Source: Terriglobales bacterium
Lineage (GTDB): Bacteria; Acidobacteriota; Terriglobia; Terriglobales; Acidobacteriaceae
Direction: 5' to 3'
Assembly (NCBI GenBank): GCA_050746025.1
Contig: JBOGLH010000002.1
Coordinates: forward strand, 4,473 to 68,472
DNA: 64,000 bases
Positions 9,291 to 18,461 of the stretch are shown one piece after another (the stretch's first letter is position 1; each line of letters begins with the position of its first letter). The notes beneath the pieces were generated by a model. It did not search any database. It saw only the letters and a list, made by a program, of their open reading frames with translations, and was not told the origin of the DNA. Position numbers and translations under genes: made by a program.

Positions 9291-10496
9291 TCATCGCAAC
9301 AGAATCGCGGAGGGCTGCCCCTGTACAGCATACTGACTGGAACTTGGAGCAATCAGCTTTCCGGATGCCGCCACTTGAAAAGTAGACAAACTCGACGAAC
9401 CGTTGTTGCTGACAACTACCCAATTGAAAGTGCTGGTATTGTTCGCGATGTTGGAGGTAATGCCCCCAGAGAAAACCGAAAGTCCGCCGGAACCGGTGGC
9501 CAAAGGGGTGAGAACGCCGGTTGCCGGACTATATTGATATTCCGAAACCTGGCTTGATCCGCGATCTACAGCATAAACAAAATCTGAAGTAGGATTTACG
9601 AAAATTGTGGCCGGAGCGACTCCAGCCGCTACCGGCGATTTAGATGGAATCTCCACCAGAGTTCCGTCTGGCGCAGCGCATGATGCCGTCACCTGAATGC
9701 AAGCCGAGAAGATGCTGATGTTGTTCGAGCCTGAGTTGGAGACAAAAAGATTATTGTCGTCGCCAACCGTGCAATTAACCGTAGCTGTGGCTGACGTGAT
9801 TCCGGCGCAGCGCGAAAAAGCGAGCCCTGTGGGATTGGTGCCAGCGGTGTAGGTATTAATCAACGCCAGATTGCCCGACGCGTCGTATGAATAACTCTGC
9901 ACGTTGTTGCTGAATTGATTGGCCACGTAAAGATAACTACCTACCGGCGAAACTGCCAAACCGCTTGGGCCGGAACCACTCACATCGCCCGGCAATTCCG
10001 TCGGGACCGGATTGCCCACTTGCGTAAGGCTGGTGCCAGAGATCGCAAACACCGAAATTGTTCCGGAAGTAACATCGCTGGCTGATCCTTGGTTGGCAAC
10101 GAACAGGAATTTACTGGCAGGATCTGCGGTTAAGGCGATGGGCGCGGATCCGGCGTTGACGGGAGAACCAGCACTGGTCAGAGTACCGTCACCGTTGATG
10201 GTGTAGCCGGTAATAGTCCCGCCCGCGTTTGCCATGAACATGGCCTTATCGTCGGGCGTAATAATCATGGCCTCTGGCTGCGTACCGGTTGCGACGGGTG
10301 AACCATTGCTTCCGATCGGATTGATTGCGCCGTTGTTTTGGCTGATGGTGTAAGACCGGACCATTTGGTCACCCTGGGTAGCGACCCACATGAAGCTGGT
10401 ATTAACAGAGGCGTTTTTTGAGCCGCTACAACTATTTAGTACAAACGCTGGCGCCATCGCCAGCACCACCAGCACCCAACGAGACTTCATCCCCAT
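9291..10496 (-). CDS. Beta-propeller lactonase-family lipoprotein
   Basis: Lipobox in MGMKSRWVLVVLAMAPAFVLNSCSG. Repeated blade motifs are LFVANQGS, LYVANQFSNNVQSY, LFVSNSGSNNISIF and VYAVDRGSSQVSEY. Confidence 0.75.
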   Translation of the reverse strand: MGMKSRWVLVVLAMAPAFVLNSCSGSKNASVNTSFMWVATQGDQMVRSYTISQNNGAINPIGSNGSPVATGTQPEAMIITPDDKAMFMANAGGTITGYTINGDGTLTSAGSPVNAGSAPIALTADPASKFLFVANQGSASDVTSGTISVFAISGTSLTQVGNPVPTELPGDVSGSGPSGLAVSPVGSYLYVANQFSNNVQSYSYDASGNLALINTYTAGTNPTGLAFSRCAGITSATATVNCTVGDDNNLFVSNSGSNNISIFSACIQVTASCAAPDGTLVEIPSKSPVAAGVAPATIFVNPTSDFVYAVDRGSSQVSEYQYSPATGVLTPLATGSGGLSVFSGGITSNIANNTSTFNWVVVSNNGSSSLSTFQVAASGKLIAPSSSQYAVQGQPSAILLR

Positions 10497-10673
10497 GCTT
10501 TTCCTCGGAAGAAAGGTTTCAAACCGCGAAGGTCAGGCTTTCGAAGTTTCATCAACTATTTGCGGCGTCTGTTCACAAATTCGCTGAACCTGAGGCCGGC
10601 AACAGCCTGAAGTTTATAACTTGAGTATTAAATTGTTTATCAGGAATGGGGAGAAAAGAGCAAACCCGCGGCA

Positions 10674-12086
10674 CTATGATGTTTTGCTGGAAACTGCCAC
10701 AGCCCGCTGTTCCTGCAATCCTTGTCCGGACTGCAAAGGAATATGCATCTCAACCAGAAGCCCACCCTCAGGTAAGTTGGATGCGCGCACCGAGCCTCCG
10801 TGCAGCCTGATGGCCTGGTCAGTAATCGCCAAGCCTAATCCCACACCGCCGGTGGACCGCTCGCGGGCATCATCGATTCTGTAAAATGGCTGGAAAATCT
10901 TCTCTAATTCCACCTCAGGGACTCCAGGTCCGGAATCGCTAATCCGTACATAAGCTTCATCGGAGCTTCCGATCTTCCTTCTTTCCGCGCGGATCGCGAC
11001 TGCTGTACCTGGTGCGGTGTATCGCGTGGCGTTTCGAACCACATTTTCAATGGCGCTTCGCAAAAGAGCAGGATCTCCAGCCGTGGGAAGTTCGTCAAGA
11101 ATCTCACACTCAACTTGTATGTTCCGCGCTTGGGCCTCGAAAGCGGCATCGCGGGCTATTTCTTGGACCAAATCTTCCAGTTGCACAGGCTGCTTGCGAA
11201 TGCTGCCTGCCCCGCTTTCCAGGCGGGCAATCGTGGTAAGGCTGCCGATCAGCTCATTCATGCGATTCGATTCAAGGCTGATGCGATCAAGCACGCTTTG
11301 GCCCTCCGGCCCGGTGCGCTGTCTGGCCAACTCGAGCGCGACGCTCAAGCGGGCAAGCGGCGAACGTAGCTCATGCGAAATATCTTTGAGCAACCGCGAT
11401 TGCGCATTGACTAGTTTTTCAATCTGCTCTGCCATTAAGTCAAAATCGCGCAGTAGCTGAGAAATTTCGTCCCCGTTCTGCGAAGAACCGGCGCCTACCC
11501 GGGCAGAAAGATCTCCAGATGCCAACTTCTGCGTCGCCTTTCGCAGCCGAATTACAGGGGAAGTCAGGAACTGCGCCAGGAAATAGCAGACCAGCCCTGA
11601 GGTCAGCACAGCGATAAAAATTCCAAGGCCAGGGATGCCATTGGGCCCAAACAACGCGCCTTGGCCGGGGGGAAGTTCGGTCACCAGCATGTAGGTGTGC
11701 CCGTCGGGCCCAGTGGTGGACACACGCAGCATTTGGAAACGAGGGTTCAATCGCCCAATCAGGGTATCTGTAGTATGCCGCTGACCTTTTGCAACCTCGG
11801 AGAACCAGGGCGGAACCGAGCGTCCGAGCAAACTCTCTCCGTCCCTGAACAGTACCGCGCGAAGATGCTGAGCATCGCGAACACTGTGCAGAAAATTGCG
11901 GAGTCGATCGGTGCCGCCGGCTTGATATGCCGCTATAGCTTCATTCAGAATTTTTGATTGCTGCGTTTCGACTGCCGAAATCTGCCGAGTCGGGCGCGTG
12001 GCGACCGTAATCAGAATGGCCACCACCACGAGCAGGGCCACCACCAGCCAGAATGACAAAAATATCTTAAGAAAAAGGCTCTTCAT
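10674..12086 (-). CDS. cpxA: Envelope-stress sensor histidine kinase, CpxA-like (2 TM segments, periplasmic domain, HAMP, HisKA, HATPase)
   Basis: Long stretches resemble E. coli CpxA as I recall it: LFLKIFLSFWLVVALL, SRLLKDISHELRSPLARL, AAFEAQA, ENVVRNATRY, DSGPGVP...IFQPFYRIDDARERSTGGVGLGLAI. It overlaps the response-regulator gene by 4 nt. Confidence 0.8.
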   Translation of the reverse strand: MKSLFLKIFLSFWLVVALLVVVAILITVATRPTRQISAVETQQSKILNEAIAAYQAGGTDRLRNFLHSVRDAQHLRAVLFRDGESLLGRSVPPWFSEVAKGQRHTTDTLIGRLNPRFQMLRVSTTGPDGHTYMLVTELPPGQGALFGPNGIPGLGIFIAVLTSGLVCYFLAQFLTSPVIRLRKATQKLASGDLSARVGAGSSQNGDEISQLLRDFDLMAEQIEKLVNAQSRLLKDISHELRSPLARLSVALELARQRTGPEGQSVLDRISLESNRMNELIGSLTTIARLESGAGSIRKQPVQLEDLVQEIARDAAFEAQARNIQVECEILDELPTAGDPALLRSAIENVVRNATRYTAPGTAVAIRAERRKIGSSDEAYVRISDSGPGVPEVELEKIFQPFYRIDDARERSTGGVGLGLAITDQAIRLHGGSVRASNLPEGGLLVEMHIPLQSGQGLQEQRAVAVSSKTS

Positions 12087-12802
12087 CGGGTTGCGTTTTT
12101 CGCCTTTGGTCTGCTTAAAGCGTAAATGTAGCCAGTTCCGCGCACTGTCTTAATGTGATCTCCGGTATCAGTGTCGCCCAACTTCTTGCGGACTTTGCTC
12201 ACATGCATATCGATGCTGCGATCAAACGGAGAAAACTTGCGTCCCAGAACTTCATCGACCAGCGCCTCGCGAGTAACTACGCGACCGGCTTCGCGCAACA
12301 GAACTTGTAGTAACGCGAACTCCACAGAAGTGAATTCGACCGGCTTGCCGCGATGCAGCACTGACCGGGTCCCGGGATCGAGTTCGACATCTCCGACACG
12401 AATGACTTCCGGAACGTCGTGTTCGCTGCCCTTGCGCGAGCGGCGCAGAATTGCGCGAATGCGAGCCACCAGTTCACGCGGATTAAAAGGCTTGGGAAGA
12501 TAATCGTCGGCGCCGATTTCAAGCCCCACAATGCGATCGACATCTTCGCCACGCGCAGTAAGCAGAAGCACGGGAATACGCGAGCCGTCCCTGATGCGGC
12601 GCAGCACGTCAAAACCATTAAGCCCGGGAAGCATAACATCGAGCACAATCAAAAGGTGATCGCCGGAGAGGGCACGAGTGAGGCCGGTTTTGCCATCATG
12701 CACGGCCTCTACCTGAAAGCCCTCAGGACGCAGGTATTCACTGACCAGAGAGCAAAGCTCAACATCATCATCGATGACCAGAATTCGTTCCACGTCATTC
12801 AT
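12083..12802 (-). CDS. cpxR: OmpR-family response regulator, CpxR-like
   Basis: Receiver plus winged helix. The stretch [31 protein letters not shown] is nearly identical to the E. coli CpxR stretch [31 protein letters not shown] (from memory). [16 protein letters not shown] also matches. Confidence 0.85.
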   Translation of the reverse strand: [239 protein letters not shown]

Positions 12803-12828
12803 TCTAGTAGTTCAACCCACAATACCTA

Positions 12829-12843
12829 GTAAAGATTCGTCAT
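12829..12843 (+). promoter_or_regulatory. Second, imperfect box GTAAA-N5-GTCAT
   Basis: The plus strand reads GTAAAGATTCGTCAT. A third degenerate copy (TTACTCTTTAC, 12885-12895) lies nearby. Confidence 0.35.
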
Positions 12844-12859
12844 AGATTGGCGGCCGCCG

Positions 12860-12874
12860 TTTACAAATATTTAC
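12860..12874 (-). promoter_or_regulatory. Perfect CpxR-type direct-repeat box GTAAA-N5-GTAAA (read on the minus strand) in the divergent cpxRA-like / cpxP-like intergenic region
   Basis: The plus strand reads TTTACAAATATTTAC, whose reverse complement is GTAAATATTTGTAAA. It lies about 58 nt from the cpxR-like start and about 104 nt from the CpxP-like start. Confidence 0.6.
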
Positions 12875-12977
12875 TCGGAATGACTTACTCTTTACCGCCA
12901 TTTGTCTGCTATCCGTGTTCCTATCCTACGTAGGGCATAAAGTTTGGGATACAGTTTCAGAACAACAGGAGGAAAAC

Positions 12978-13466
12978 GTGAAATCCATGAACTCAAAACT
13001 AACTGCAATTATGGCCGTGTTCACGCTGCTCGGGGGCATGGCGCTCGCAGAGGGCGGGTCCGGCGCGCCAATGCATCATCGACACGGAGGCTTTATGGGA
13101 GGGATGGAGCTACCACTCCGCCAACTCAACCTCACGGATGATCAGAAGGCGCAGATCAAACAGATGTTCCAGGCCGAAAAGCCTGCCATGAAACCGCTGA
13201 TGCAGCAGGAGCATGCGGCCCACGCGCAGATGATCCAGTTGATCACCAGCGGAACATTCGAACAGGCGAAGGTCGCTGCGGTCGCGGCACAAGAGTCGCA
13301 AGTCCACATGCAAATGGAAATCGAGCATGCCAAGATGGCGTCCCAGATATACCAACTGCTGAGCTCGGATCAAAAAGCCAAAGTGGCGGAAATCATCGCC
13401 CAACACCAGCAACGCATGCAGCAGCGCATGCAAAACAAGGAGCCGGCGCCGACGGAACAGCAGTGA
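12978..13466 (+). CDS. CpxP/Spy-family periplasmic chaperone/adaptor (LTXXQ motif protein)
   Basis: Signal peptide MNSKLTAIMAVFTLLGGMALAEG. Motifs LNLTDDQKAQIKQM and LLSSDQKAKVAEI. AGGAGG at 12967-12972 favours the GTG 12978 start (or ATG 12987) over the track start at 12915. The gene is divergent from cpxRA-like, as in E. coli. Confidence 0.75.
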   Translation: MKSMNSKLTAIMAVFTLLGGMALAEGGSGAPMHHRHGGFMGGMELPLRQLNLTDDQKAQIKQMFQAEKPAMKPLMQQEHAAHAQMIQLITSGTFEQAKVAAVAAQESQVHMQMEIEHAKMASQIYQLLSSDQKAKVAEIIAQHQQRMQQRMQNKEPAPTEQQ

Positions 13467-13491
13467 GCTGATCGCGCTAACTTGTAATCGA

Positions 13492-13535
13492 GGGCGGACT
13501 CCGCAGAAATGCGGATGCCGCCCTTTAATTTATTT
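13492..13535 (+). terminator. Rho-independent terminator after the CpxP-like gene
   Basis: GGGCGG(13492-13497)...CCGCCC(13518-13523), with an inner CCGCA-GAAA-TGCGG hairpin, followed by TTTAATTTATTTCTT. Confidence 0.7.
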
Positions 13536-13586
13536 CTTGTCTGCGCTTCTCAAAGAAGTTTGCGGATATTTATCCAGGAGAGTACA

Positions 13587-13805
13587 GTGGCAACCACTAC
13601 AACGCAGTCTGACCTAGTCAGCATGATCGCCCACGAGGTCGTCTCTGGAATTGACGAGGGAGTGGGTTATTGGCTGGCTCGAATCGAACAAGAATTAGCA
13701 GGTAGCGGTGTAAGCGCCGAGGAACAGCTTCGCGCTATCGGGCGGGTAATAAGGGAATACAAAGAGGCAACCGGCAAACTGCCGTTTCGCTGTGCTCAGG
13801 CCTGA
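13587..13805 (+). CDS. Small hypothetical protein (~72 aa)
   Basis: A GTG start is preceded by CAGGAGAG. The track start at 13509 lies inside the upstream terminator hairpin. No family was recognised. Confidence 0.4.
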   Translation: MATTTTQSDLVSMIAHEVVSGIDEGVGYWLARIEQELAGSGVSAEEQLRAIGRVIREYKEATGKLPFRCAQA

Positions 13806-13873
13806 ATCCAAGCGCATAATGCTTGCGGACTGGCTCCTTCGTAGATGTTAACTGACAGTCTCTGGAGCAAGTG

Positions 13874-14032
13874 ATGACCTTTGACAAGGCAATTTCTTTC
13901 CTAAGTCATTCCAATTGGGGATTTCTGGCTTTATGGTTGGTCCTGTTGGCGGTGGCGTTCACGGCCAGCTTTCCTGAGAGAACGAGCACCTCGGCATCCC
14001 ACGGCCATAGCAATGGCAGACGGCACCCATAA
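13874..14032 (+). CDS. Possible 52-aa single-TM peptide (below the track cutoff)
   Basis: GGAG lies 6 nt upstream of the ATG. The peptide is MTFDKAISFLSHSNWGFLALWLVLLAVAFTASFPERTSTSASHGHSNGRRHP. There is no conservation evidence. Confidence 0.2.
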   Translation: MTFDKAISFLSHSNWGFLALWLVLLAVAFTASFPERTSTSASHGHSNGRRHP

Positions 14033-14090
14033 CACTCCGCGAGAACACCGACCCGCCCGTCAGTACTGCTAAAATCGCATTTAGCAGCCC

Positions 14091-15857
14091 ATGTTTCCCA
14101 AAAGCCTTCGTCCCCTTCTTCCATACCTCGCGAAATATCGCCGTACTTACCTTTGGGGAGGATTTTTCGTTCTATTCATGAATGCGGCGTGGGCCTTGGT
14201 TCCTGTCGTTATAGGCAGAGCAATTGATTACTTCAACCATGCCGAAGTCTCGCCACTGCTGTCGCACAAGATTGCAAGCTTTGTGCTGCTGCTCCTCGCG
14301 GTCTCCGGAACTAAATCTGTATTTCAGTTTTTGACCCGGTGGATTTTGATCGGCGTTTCGCGCGAAGTCGAATTCGACCTACGGAACGATCTGTTCAAAC
14401 ATCTTGAGGGCCTGTCCCACAGCTTTTACCAACGCACTCGCACCGGCGACATTATGGCCAAGGCGACCAATGACCTGAACGCGGTAAGAATGCTGCTTGG
14501 CCCAGGTTTTATGTACACCGCGAACACCATCGTGTTTACGGCGTTTGCCTTGGGATTCATGTTGCACATTAGTCACCGGTTGACCTTTTATGCCTTTCTG
14601 CCCCTGCCTATCGTCAGCATCATCATTCAGTATTTCGGACGACGAATTCATGATCGTTTTGAGCGCATTCAGGCGATGTTTTCGGATATCTCAGCTCGGG
14701 CGCAGGAAAACTTTTCGGGTGTTCGCATCATTCGAGCTTACGCGCAGGAAGAAGCAGAGATTGCGAGCTTTGAGACTGCCAATCGCGAGTACATCGCGCG
14801 CAGCCTGAAGCTGGTGCGGCTTATGGGGATGTTGTGGCCAACCCTTGAAACCATGCTCGGACTTGCCATCGTACTTGTACTTTGGCTCGGCGGACGCGAA
14901 GTGCTGCTCGGGCACATAAGCGTCGGCGACTTCACCGAATTCAATCTGTTCATGGTGCAGCTCACCTGGCCGGTGATTGCGTTGGGCTGGGTAATCAATA
15001 TCTTTCAGCGCGGCACAGCCTCACTGGTCCGAATCAGTCAATTGATGGAAGAAAAGCCCGAGATCGTGGATGCTCCCGATGTTCATCGGCCAACTTCCGA
15101 CGAGCAATTGACGGGGGACATTGAATTTCGTAATTTGCAGTTCTCCTACGACGGACATCCGGTCCTGCACGACATCAATTTGCGGATTCCGGCGGGCAGC
15201 AGCTTGGCCATTGTTGGTCCCACCGGTTCAGGAAAAACTACTTTGGTGAGCTTAATCCCGCGAATCTACGACGTTGAACCAGGCATGGTGTTGATCGACG
15301 GCAAATCGGTGCGAGATTATCCGCTGGCTTTTTTACGACGCAATATGGGCTTCGTCCCCCAGGAAACTTTCCTGTTTGGCGAGACCATCCGCGAGAACAT
15401 CGCTTTCGGAGTTCCCGATGCGACTGACCAGGATGTGCGCTGGGCCGCAGAAGCAGCCAATATTGCGAATGAGATCGAAGATTTCCCGGAGCAATACAAA
15501 ACAATCGTCGGCGAGCGCGGGATCACGCTTTCCGGAGGCCAGAAACAGCGCACCGCGATTGCTCGCGCTTTGCTTCGTAATCCCCGCATCCTGGTGCTGG
15601 ATGATGCGCTCTCCAGCGTTGACACGCAAACCGAAGACAAGATCCTGAATCACCTGCGCCGGGTAATGCACGGTAGAACCACGATTTTTATCTCCCACCG
15701 AGTCTCTACTGTGCGAAATGCCGATCGCATTGCCGTGCTGCATAGCGGCAAAATTGTGGAACTGGGCACGCACGAGGAACTGATCGCCAGAAACGGCTAC
15801 TACAGCGATCTCTATAACAAGCAATTGCTTGAGGAAGAGCTCGCCGAAGTTTCATAG
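14091..15857 (+). CDS. ABC exporter, fused permease/ATPase (MsbA/ABCB type)
   Basis: Six-TM N-terminal half. Walker A GPTGSGKTT, signature LSGGQKQR, Walker B ILVLDDALS. Confidence 0.9.
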   Translation: MFPKSLRPLLPYLAKYRRTYLWGGFFVLFMNAAWALVPVVIGRAIDYFNHAEVSPLLSHKIASFVLLLLAVSGTKSVFQFLTRWILIGVSREVEFDLRNDLFKHLEGLSHSFYQRTRTGDIMAKATNDLNAVRMLLGPGFMYTANTIVFTAFALGFMLHISHRLTFYAFLPLPIVSIIIQYFGRRIHDRFERIQAMFSDISARAQENFSGVRIIRAYAQEEAEIASFETANREYIARSLKLVRLMGMLWPTLETMLGLAIVLVLWLGGREVLLGHISVGDFTEFNLFMVQLTWPVIALGWVINIFQRGTASLVRISQLMEEKPEIVDAPDVHRPTSDEQLTGDIEFRNLQFSYDGHPVLHDINLRIPAGSSLAIVGPTGSGKTTLVSLIPRIYDVEPGMVLIDGKSVRDYPLAFLRRNMGFVPQETFLFGETIRENIAFGVPDATDQDVRWAAEAANIANEIEDFPEQYKTIVGERGITLSGGQKQRTAIARALLRNPRILVLDDALSSVDTQTEDKILNHLRRVMHGRTTIFISHRVSTVRNADRIAVLHSGKIVELGTHEELIARNGYYSDLYNKQLLEEELAEVS

Positions 15858-15917
15858 CCCCCCATTTTTGATTTACCGGTGACAAAAATCGGTTCGTGCA
15901 TCCGCTAAGATTGTTAG

Positions 15918-16610
15918 ATGAAGCGGCGGCCCACGCTTGAACTGCTGGACAGCGATTCCGGCACTGCAGAAGAAATCGAGCGATCACTGCGCGATTTGCA
16001 GTCGTTCAATCAGCGACTAGGCGGGGTTTCCACTACTCGTGACCTGATCCGCGCTGTGGCCCACCGAACTGGAAAGGCCCACTTCTCCTTGCTTGAGATC
16101 GCTGCCGGGACCGGATTCGTTCCGACGCAAGCGAGCCGTGACCTCAGCGTCGACAGAATAAGTTTAGATGTTACCCTGCTCGACCGCGCTCCCACTCACC
16201 TTCCGCCGAATGGCAGTGCACGCAAAGTGGCAGCTGACGCGCTTAGCATTCCGTTTTCGGCCTCAGCATTCGATCTGGTTTCCTGCACCTTGTTCCTTCA
16301 TCACCTTGCGCCGGACGAGGTGTTGAAGTTTGCCCGCGAGTCGCTCCGGGTTTCGCGGGTCGCAGTACTGGTCAATGATCTGGTGCGGCACCCACTGAAT
16401 CTGGCTCTGGCGTACGCAGGAGTACCGATTTATCGCAGCCGGATTACCCGCAATGATGCGCCAGCCTCGGTGAAGCAGGCATACACGATCGAGGAAATGG
16501 GCGGATTTTTTCACCGTGCAGGAGCGGCTGAGGTGGAAACGCAAAGACATTTTCTATTTCGAATGGGCGTGATTGCCTGGAAGCCTGCTCCGGGAGACGC
16601 GATCTTGTGA
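15918..16610 (+). CDS. Class I SAM-dependent methyltransferase
   Basis: Motif I LLEIAAGTG and a later LFLHHL region. Its stop overlaps the GTG start of the next gene (GTGA). Confidence 0.7.
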   Translation: MKRRPTLELLDSDSGTAEEIERSLRDLQSFNQRLGGVSTTRDLIRAVAHRTGKAHFSLLEIAAGTGFVPTQASRDLSVDRISLDVTLLDRAPTHLPPNGSARKVAADALSIPFSASAFDLVSCTLFLHHLAPDEVLKFARESLRVSRVAVLVNDLVRHPLNLALAYAGVPIYRSRITRNDAPASVKQAYTIEEMGGFFHRAGAAEVETQRHFLFRMGVIAWKPAPGDAIL

Positions 16611-17704
16611 TTTTTAATTTGGCAGTCGTTGGAGGCGGGCCTGGCGGTTGCGCAGCCGCCATTGCCGCAGCAAGAAAAGGAGCGCGGGTACTTTTGCTGG
16701 AACGCACCCGTTTCCCACGGCACAAGGTTTGCGGAGAATTCGTTTCGGCTGAGTCTCTGGAATTGTTACAGAGTTTGCTGGCGAATGACTTCCATCATCT
16801 GCTAACCCGCGCGCCACGCATTTGCAGCAGTCGCATCTTTCTGGATGGTTCAATTTTAGAGGCTCGAATCGATCCCCCAGCGGCGAGCATTGCACGATTT
16901 GACCTTGACGCCGCGCTATGGGAGACCTGTTGCCTCGAAGGAGTCGAAGCTCACGCCGAAACCGTAGTGAAATCTATCGAGGGAAATGGGCCGTTTCGCA
17001 TCATCGCGGGCAATCAAGTATTTGCAGCTCAGGCTTTAATAAATGCTAGCGGGCGATGGTCAAGCTTTACAAGTCCAGAGGTGCGTGCGCGAAATAGCAG
17101 AGAAAAATGGATTGGAATAAAAGCCCATTTTTATGAAGATGCTGCCGATCCCTCCACAGACTTGTACTTCTTTGACGGCGGATATTGTGGCGTGCAGCTG
17201 GTCACTTCGGCCACGAACAATTCGGGCGCCCGAATCAACGCATGCGCCATGGTGCGCGCAGACGTTGCGAACGCATTTCCCGGTGTTCTGGAACTGCATC
17301 CCGCATTGCGAGAACGCAGCCGCACATGGAAACCCGCCACGGAAATAGTCAGCACATCGCCGCTGGTCTTCCACAAGCCAGAGCCGGTGCAGAACACAAT
17401 GTTGCAAGTGGGAGATGCTGCAGCTTTCGTCGATCCGTTCATCGGCGATGGTATTTCGCTGGCATTACGCAGCGGCGCACTTACGGCCGAGTGCCTGCAC
17501 TCTTTTTTTCGGGCAGAGCGCACGATTCAAGAAGCGGCAGCGCTTTATAGCGATGCCTATATGGAACGCCTGGGGCGCGTGTTTAAGGTCTCCTCCATGC
17601 TTCGTGGTTGGCTGCGCTGGCCTCGACCGATTCGCAGACCCATTTTTTCGTTGATTTCACGGGCAGAATTCATTGGCCGTCAGATGGTGAAACTAACGCG
17701 TTAA
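16607..17704 (+). CDS. FAD-dependent oxidoreductase (geranylgeranyl-reductase / aromatic-hydroxylase-like family)
   Basis: N-terminal dinucleotide fold VVGGGPGGCAAAIAAARKGARVLLLER, and GDAAAFVDPFIGDGI near the C-terminus. Confidence 0.8.
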   Translation: MIFNLAVVGGGPGGCAAAIAAARKGARVLLLERTRFPRHKVCGEFVSAESLELLQSLLANDFHHLLTRAPRICSSRIFLDGSILEARIDPPAASIARFDLDAALWETCCLEGVEAHAETVVKSIEGNGPFRIIAGNQVFAAQALINASGRWSSFTSPEVRARNSREKWIGIKAHFYEDAADPSTDLYFFDGGYCGVQLVTSATNNSGARINACAMVRADVANAFPGVLELHPALRERSRTWKPATEIVSTSPLVFHKPEPVQNTMLQVGDAAAFVDPFIGDGISLALRSGALTAECLHSFFRAERTIQEAAALYSDAYMERLGRVFKVSSMLRGWLRWPRPIRRPIFSLISRAEFIGRQMVKLTR

Positions 17705-18366
17705 CGCACGACGAGAACTTCACGCACGTTGTCTCGCGAGAGGAAGAACTTTATCGAGGCGAAGTCGCGAAAAAGATTTTCAATGTGCCTGTTGTTGAAC
17801 ACCCTTTGCAGAGCAAAATTCACGGAGCGGCCTTTTCGTGATGCCGCCTTTGAATTCAAGGCATGCATTTCCAGAATGTCGTTCCCGGTAATGTGGTATC
17901 GATAATAGGGGGCGTCGGGGCCCGCCTCCCGGGTATGAAAAAAAGCTATCAGCATGGCCCCAGGCTTCATCACTGACCACAATCGTCCAATTACTGGTTT
18001 CACCAGGCTCTCATCCATGTAATCGGCCAGGTTCCAGCAGAAGACGAGATCGAAATGTGTATTGGGGTACGCCAAATTCTCATCGAGGAATTTCTTGCTA
18101 TCGAGAGTTGGGAGGCCCTGTTCATTGCTGATGACTAGCCCAGGATCGGTTGAAGCTTCGAGCAAATCCTGACTATAAATCCGGTGACCGCGCTCGGTGA
18201 AGAAGCGAATATTACTGGCAGAGGTGGCGCCAATATCGAGTATGCACAGGGTTTCTTCTGTTTTCAGAATTCGTGCGATCTCGGCCATGGCGGTCGAACG
18301 CCGGGAGAGGCGCTCCTGAGTCTTGGGTTCCGGCGCAGGCACCGGCGTGCTGCGAAAAAGTTTCAT
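17701..18366 (-). CDS. Putative SAM-dependent methyltransferase
   Basis: CILDIGATSASNIRFFTERGHRIYSQD resembles a motif I / acidic loop arrangement. It converges on the oxidoreductase gene and shares the TTAA stop tetranucleotide with it. Confidence 0.55.
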   Translation of the reverse strand: MKLFRSTPVPAPEPKTQERLSRRSTAMAEIARILKTEETLCILDIGATSASNIRFFTERGHRIYSQDLLEASTDPGLVISNEQGLPTLDSKKFLDENLAYPNTHFDLVFCWNLADYMDESLVKPVIGRLWSVMKPGAMLIAFFHTREAGPDAPYYRYHITGNDILEMHALNSKAASRKGRSVNFALQRVFNNRHIENLFRDFASIKFFLSRDNVREVLVVR

Positions 18367-18461
18367 AGTTGCAGAGTAAGACGTACAGACGTCCGAGGAT
18401 CCATCCGCCCTCCGACCTCATTCGCTGCTCAATATAACCCGGCGCGCAGCCCGGGGCCAGA

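Noticed and set aside
13509-13586. Upstream start (ATG 13509) for the small ORF after the CpxP-like gene
   Set aside because: That start lies inside the terminator hairpin (13492-13523). GTG 13587 has a GGAG-type RBS.
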